This document shows positions 46,813-51,023 of a DNA stretch of 51,023 bases, in pieces. The stretch is taken from NCBI GenBank assembly GCA_002457745.1, contig NTKV01000001.1:1-51023 (forward strand), written 5' to 3'. Both the position numbers and the translations under genes were made by a program. Source of the stretch: SAR116 cluster bacterium MED-G06 (GTDB lineage: Bacteria; Pseudomonadota; Alphaproteobacteria; Puniceispirillales; Puniceispirillaceae). Every line of letters starts with the position of its first letter. The stretch's first letter is position 1. The notes under the pieces are model-generated. The model did not search any database, was not told the origin of the DNA, and saw only the letters and a list, made by a program, of their open reading frames with translations.

Positions 46813-48183
46813 CTAGACATACCCCATCGCCAGATTGGCAACCGCCAGAAGCCCACCCCCGCCGGCCGCATAGGAAAATCCGCTGGCCATGTTGTGTCCG
46901 AAGACGAGATGACGTGCCGGCACCTGGTACAATCCGGCGCAGGTCTGCACCGAGAGCGAGGCAATCGAGCTCATCGTGCCGGCCCCCCAGCCGATCAGAT
47001 GCGCCTGCACAAGCAACGCCGGATGAACATCGGCACCACCACCGCTGAACGTGGCCAGAAGCGCGGTACTGGTGATCACCGGATGAATGCCGACAACCGA
47101 CAGCAGCATCATCAGAACAGGCGTCGAGACCAGCGCCACCCATCCCGGGATCTGCCCGGCATGGAAACTGCCGACAAGAACGGCCAGACTGTCCTCCTGG
47201 GTGACAAAAAAGGCCACCAGCATCGCCGCGGTGATCACCACCAGATCATCCGCGGTGCTGTGCATCGCATCGCGCGTTTGCCGCAGGATGATCTGTGCCT
47301 TGTCACGATGCCTGACAAGCTGCACCACGACGAGAAGCGGCATCACCACGACAACTGCCGACAGGGCGGTCAGCCCGAAGGCAAGTGCCACCCCGAGGAC
47401 CGTCAGCAGCACGATCAACAGGCGCGAAGCGACCGGGCGAAGGCATGACAGGGACAGGTAAAGCTGCCCCCAGGCAAAATCGCGATTGACGGCGAGAAGC
47501 GTGCCAGCTGTGAACAGCAACGCCGAGACAGTGCCTATCGCAATCGCCATCCACGCATAGGCCGGCGCAACAAAATTCTGGCCAATGGCAAACGCGATGA
47601 AGAATGGCGACCAGGCAGCGGATGACACCATGCCGCGGATGACCGCCTCTGCGGATGCGCGGCGCCGTGCGGCATCAGAATCGGGTGGCAGCGCCGCCGA
47701 CAACAGAGCAAGCGCCCCGGTGTTGATGATGCCACCAAAGACATGCGCGGCAAGCTGCTGGCCACCGGAAAAGGCGTTGTCGGGAAGTCTGGCAAGGCGC
47801 TGCTGCGTCTCCTTGACCGTCGGCATGGTCATCGCCGTGGCCCGCACCAGCGCCATGGTGGGCAACAGCGCCGCGAAGATCAGCATCCGTTCGCCGCCGG
47901 CCAGCAAGGCGGCAGGCCCCGGCATCGAGTCCACGAGAATCCAGAAGACCACCGCCAGAACAGCGAGAATCACCAGGCTGTCCCAGCGCAAACGCGTGAT
48001 GGTCAGGAGGATGAAAATCCCGAAGGCCAGCGCCCCAGTTGTGGCCACCGGTCCGGAGGGTTGCGCCAGAATGATCGCCAGCAGCGCGGTGATCCAGGCA
48101 ATGGTGAGGCACAGCAGCCTGGTTCGGCGAAACGCACCGTTCAGGACGGCGGCAATGCCGAAGGATGGGGGGGCGGATGACAT
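46813..48183 (-). CDS. uncharacterised polytopic membrane protein (transporter-like)
   Basis: about 12 hydrophobic segments; start chosen at MSSAPP, uncertain. Confidence 0.75.
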   Translation of the reverse strand: MSSAPPSFGIAAVLNGAFRRTRLLCLTIAWITALLAIILAQPSGPVATTGALAFGIFILLTITRLRWDSLVILAVLAVVFWILVDSMPGPAALLAGGERMLIFAALLPTMALVRATAMTMPTVKETQQRLARLPDNAFSGGQQLAAHVFGGIINTGALALLSAALPPDSDAARRRASAEAVIRGMVSSAAWSPFFIAFAIGQNFVAPAYAWMAIAIGTVSALLFTAGTLLAVNRDFAWGQLYLSLSCLRPVASRLLIVLLTVLGVALAFGLTALSAVVVVMPLLVVVQLVRHRDKAQIILRQTRDAMHSTADDLVVITAAMLVAFFVTQEDSLAVLVGSFHAGQIPGWVALVSTPVLMMLLSVVGIHPVITSTALLATFSGGGADVHPALLVQAHLIGWGAGTMSSIASLSVQTCAGLYQVPARHLVFGHNMASGFSYAAGGGGLLAVANLAMGYV

Positions 48184-48286
48184 GAACGGTCCGGGGTACA
48201 GGGCTCTGACAAGAATGACCCGCCGAGTATGACAGGTTTGCCCCCGCCGCCAAGGGGACAGGCCTTTCAACCTTCATGGCAAACCG

Positions 48287-48655
48287 TCAGCTGTCGGTCC
48301 AGATGGCAAGCTCGTTGCCGGCCGGTTCGAGGAAATGGAACCGGCGTCCCCCCGGAAAGGCAAAGACAGCTTTGCTGATGCTGGCGCCATGCGCACAGAC
48401 CAGCGCCAGGCTGGCGTCAAGGTCATCGCTGTAGAAGACAATCATCGCGCCCCCCTCGGCAGCGCGGCTTCTGAGATCGGCACGGTAAATCCCGCCCTCG
48501 AGCCCGGCACCGTGAAAGGCCACATAGTCCGGGCCATACCATTCAAGGCTCCAGCCAAAGACAGCCTCGAAGAAATCACAGCTTGCCTGAGGATCGGACG
48601 AGGCAAACTCGACATAGTCGATCTTGTGATGCTGCGGCTTCAGAATCTCATGCAT
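48287..48655 (-). CDS. VOC/glyoxalase family protein
   Basis: IDYVEF, FFEAVFGW, YGPDY, FPGGRRFHFLEPAGNELAIW. Confidence 0.92.
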   Translation of the reverse strand: MHEILKPQHHKIDYVEFASSDPQASCDFFEAVFGWSLEWYGPDYVAFHGAGLEGGIYRADLRSRAAEGGAMIVFYSDDLDASLALVCAHGASISKAVFAFPGGRRFHFLEPAGNELAIWTDS

Positions 48656-48772
48656 GGCGCTGGCGTCCGTTCGCGCTGGTCAGGTGGCAGACATGCCAGC
48701 ATGGCGGGGCCGGGCGCGGCGGCGCAAGTCACATTCAGGTCATCACCAATTCCGGAACAGGGATACCAACTT

Positions 48773-48850
48773 GGGCACAAAGGACGGAAGCAATAGACGG
48801 GCATAAAAGACGGACGCAAGAGATGGGCACAAAAGGCGGGCACAAAAAAA
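48773..48850. repeat. degenerate 13-bp tandem repeat (x6) abutting terminator
   Basis: gggcacaaaggac / ggaagcaatagac / gggcataaaagac / ggacgcaagagat / gggcacaaaaggc / gggcacaaaaaaa. Confidence 0.8.
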
Positions 48851-48872
48851 GAGGCGCTTTCGCGCCTCTTTT
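48844..48872 (-). terminator. Rho-independent terminator
   Basis: minus strand AAAAGAGGCGC-GAAA-GCGCCUCUUUUUUU (GNRA loop, U7 tail). Confidence 0.88.
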
Positions 48873-48965
48873 AGTGTGCTCCAACTGAAGGATGAGTTGG
48901 AGCTTTGTGTGGGTGCCATCACACAAAGAAGGCGATCTGCGGGACGCAATGTCCTCGTGATCTGT
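48844..48965 (-). ncRNA. candidate small RNA with four consecutive hairpins
   Basis: stems at 48934-48962, 48903-48928 (9 bp), 48878-48903 (9 bp, loop CAUCCUUC) and the terminator; sits about 170 bp from the lysR stop behind an AT-richer spacer; 5' end approximate. Confidence 0.55.
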
Positions 48966-49075
48966 AAAAACCGTAACGGTTGCAGATTCGACAATAAAGC
49001 GCGGTCTTCTGAAAAGATTTTTCCATGCGACATAACAATACGCGACAATTGCGCACAGGCCCCGGACACCACAAG

Positions 49076-49150
49076 GTCGGGCCCTTGCCTGTCGGGCCCC
49101 TGCCTGTCGGGTGTGGGTCCGTTGGGCGTGGGTCCGTCAGGCGTGGATCT
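49076..49150. repeat. degenerate 15-bp tandem repeat (x5) overlapping the lysR stop codon
   Basis: gtcgggcccttgcct / gtcgggcccctgcct / gtcgggtgtgggtcc / gttgggcgtgggtcc / gtcaggcgtggatct. Confidence 0.8.
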
Positions 49151-50051
49151 TGTTCCAGTAGGGGTCCATGCCATAGCGCGTCGACATGAAATCGACAAAG
49201 GCACGTGTGCGCTTTGGCAGGATGGTGGTCTTCGGATAGACGGCATAGACGTCATAATCCGCCCATTCATAGTCGGCCAGGATGGGCTTCAGGAGACCAT
49301 TATTGATCGCATCGTAATGCAGGAAATTCGGCAGACATGTCACGCCAAGTCCGGAAATGGCAGCCTCACGCAGCACATCACCATTGCTTGCTGACAGTTT
49401 CGGCGTGACGCGGAGCACACCTGCCTTGCCGTCCGGCCCACGATAGCGCCAGTCATTCGGGGTCTTGTCATTGGAATAGACAAGCGCCGGCACATTCTCC
49501 AGATCCTCGGGCTTGGTGATTTCCGGCAGGCGCGACAGGAAATCGGGCGAGGCGCAGGGAATATTGCGAACGGTCGAGATCTTCTTGGCGATCAGGCTGG
49601 AATCCGAAAGCACGCCAATCCGGATCGCCAGATCATAGCCCTCTGCCACAAGATCAACCCGCTTGTCGGACAGATCCATATCGATCCTGACATCGGGATG
49701 AGCATGCATGAACTGCGCGATGGCCGATGACATGTGCGATACGCCAAAAGAAAGCGGCGTACTTATCCGAAGCACGCCGCCGAGCCCTCCCCCCGAATTG
49801 AGCACTTCCTGCTGCGCAGCCTCGAGCTCATCAAGAACGGCCTTACATCGCTCATAGAACCCCTGGCCAACCTCATTGAGGTACATGCGTCGGGTTGTGC
49901 GCTGGATGAGGGGGGCGCCAAGTCTGAGTTCCAGATCCTTCAGACGTCTGCTGACAGCAGACACGGCAATGCCAAGCCGTTCGGCAGCCTGAGTGAGGCT
50001 GCCCGTTTCGACCACCATTACAAAGGCGCGGATTTCCTCGATTTGGCTCAT
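49137..50051 (-). CDS. LysR family transcriptional regulator (CrgA/DmlR-like)
   Basis: start reassigned to MSQIEEIRAF; GSLTQAAERLGIAVSAVSRRLKDLE HTH, RTTRR, VDLVAEGYDLAIR. Confidence 0.95.
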   Translation of the reverse strand: MSQIEEIRAFVMVVETGSLTQAAERLGIAVSAVSRRLKDLELRLGAPLIQRTTRRMYLNEVGQGFYERCKAVLDELEAAQQEVLNSGGGLGGVLRISTPLSFGVSHMSSAIAQFMHAHPDVRIDMDLSDKRVDLVAEGYDLAIRIGVLSDSSLIAKKISTVRNIPCASPDFLSRLPEITKPEDLENVPALVYSNDKTPNDWRYRGPDGKAGVLRVTPKLSASNGDVLREAAISGLGVTCLPNFLHYDAINNGLLKPILADYEWADYDVYAVYPKTTILPKRTRAFVDFMSTRYGMDPYWNKIHA

Positions 50052-50072
50052 AATGTCGCACCATACATTATT

Positions 50073-50089
50073 ATTATGAAAATTAGAAT
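50073..50089. promoter_or_regulatory. candidate LysR box (T-N11-A)
   Basis: ATT-atgaaaattag-AAT in the AT-rich divergent spacer, 22 bp upstream of lysR. Confidence 0.4.
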
Positions 50090-50144
50090 TATATTTTCCC
50101 TCTGAACCGCTTTTTACTTGGTTTCGCAATAATTACGTTGAATT

Positions 50145-50228
50145 GAGCCATGGGGGACCTCCCCCCTCCCATGGCTCTTCCGACCCCCTGTTGACGGCAC
50201 GGAAAAAATAGGCGAAAGGCTGTCAACA
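50145..50228 (+). promoter_or_regulatory. structured 5' leader of azoR (two hairpins)
   Basis: gagccatggggg/ctcccatggctc stem with ACCUCCCCC loop; tgttgacggc (50189-98) pairs with gctgtcaaca (50219-28), which includes the A of the start ATG. Confidence 0.5.
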
Positions 50229-50869
50229 TGAGTGTTAACAACAAAACCATTCTTCGCATCGACGCGAGTATGCGCCGGCAGAAGTCGGTCAGTCGCATGC
50301 TTGCCGACGAAATGGTTGCCGCACTCGGGGCGCGCAAGCCCGGCACCAGCATCATAAATCGCGACCTTGCCGCCGGGATTGGCATTGTGAACGCCGCCTG
50401 GATCGAGGCTGAGCGCACATCCGAGGAAAACCGCACTCCGGACCAACGCGCCCTTCTGGCACAATCCGACGCCCTTGTTGCCGAACTCCATGCTGCCGAT
50501 GACATCGTGATCGCGACGCCCATCTATAATTTCAGCGTCCCCGCCGCCCTGAAAGCCTGGATCGACCTGATCTGCCGCGACAAGATCACCTTTTCATACG
50601 AGAATGATGTGCCGCGCGGACTGCTGTCGAACAAGCAGGCCACCGTGATCATCACCTCAGGCGGCACCGTTTCCGGAAACGAGATCGACTACGCCACCGG
50701 CTATATCCGTCATATTCTTGAATTCATCGGCGTGCGCGACGTCACCATCATCGACGTCACCGGGCTGTCGAAGAACCGTCAGGGTGTCATTGCCGATGCC
50801 CGCACGGCGATCAACACCGCCAGCGCCAAGCGCCTGTCCGGCCAGCGCAACCTGTCAGTCGCCGAATAG
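50228..50869 (+). CDS. azoR: FMN-dependent NADH:quinone oxidoreductase / azoreductase
   Basis: ILRIDASMR, SVSRML, PIYNFSVPAALKAWIDLI, TSGG; divergent from LysR. Confidence 0.9.
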   Translation: MSVNNKTILRIDASMRRQKSVSRMLADEMVAALGARKPGTSIINRDLAAGIGIVNAAWIEAERTSEENRTPDQRALLAQSDALVAELHAADDIVIATPIYNFSVPAALKAWIDLICRDKITFSYENDVPRGLLSNKQATVIITSGGTVSGNEIDYATGYIRHILEFIGVRDVTIIDVTGLSKNRQGVIADARTAINTASAKRLSGQRNLSVAE

Positions 50870-50888
50870 GCACCACTTTTTCCCAGAC

Positions 50889-50946
50889 ATCAGACCCGCG
50901 AATCAGACCCGGGGATCAAACCCGGGGATCAGACCCGTAAATCAAA
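50889..50946. repeat. 13-bp tandem repeat (x4.5) downstream of azoR
   Basis: atcagacccgcga / atcagacccgggg / atcaaacccgggg / atcagacccgtaa / atcaaa. Confidence 0.85.
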
Positions 50947-51023
50947 TTTTACGGCAGCTCCGGGGCCGGCCATCACCGGCATCCCGCATCCATCCCTGGA
51001 GCACCGCTATCGAATGTTCGGAT

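Noticed and set aside
45784-47448. 554-aa plus-strand ORF
   Set aside because: Antisense to the PDO-rhodanese and membrane protein genes; no recognisable domain
48735-48926. ORF beginning 'CDGTHTKL', resembling the end of a CDGSH iron-sulfur motif
   Set aside because: The upstream in-frame sequence (EDIASRRSPSL) lacks the required CxC, there is no RBS or good start, and the frame runs through perfect RNA hairpins, a terminator and a repeat; most likely coincidence
48743-49394. ORFs 48743-49270 (-) and 48876-49394 (+) with PDGPT/GPCLS repeats
   Set aside because: The peptide repeats simply reflect the 15-bp DNA array; both ORFs overlap lysR and the hairpin region

Overview
High-GC bacterial chromosome segment (about 60-65% GC by eye). 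Gene content and style suggest a marine alphaproteobacterium, possibly SAR116/Rhodobacterales-like; this is an inference. It holds about 49 densely packed catabolic and transport genes, and I recognise no rRNA, tRNA, IS, phage or CRISPR. Blocks in order: (1) a peptide-type ABC transporter with an M20 deacetylase, SDR, P1/DmpA peptidase and a truncated aldehyde dehydrogenase (1-8.3 kb); (2) a pfkB kinase / fused E1alpha-beta ThDP dehydrogenase / free lipoyl domain / AcoC-type alpha/beta-hydrolase operon (8.4-12.9 kb); (3) an ~17 kb sugar-catabolic island (13-30.4 kb) with two lactonases, uxuA, SDR, DUF4432, a CUT1 ABC transporter, Gfo/Idh/MocA, TIM-barrel epimerase, hydrolase, RPE-like epimerase, ROK kinase, sterol-desaturase-family protein and AKR; (4) a Liv-type ABC transporter, probably for aromatic acids; (5) SDR / sulfatase / TAXI-TRAP / HDAC-family deacylase; (6) assorted single genes, including a persulfide dioxygenase-rhodanese fusion; (7) a LysR/azoR divergon. 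Best novelty candidates: a putative lipoate-dependent oxidative sugar-cleavage complex with a split, hydrolase-type E2; an unannotated four-hairpin sRNA at ~48844-48965 (-); a structured azoR leader; and six unrelated 12-18 bp degenerate intergenic minisatellites, two of which are copies of the adjacent stop-codon region.
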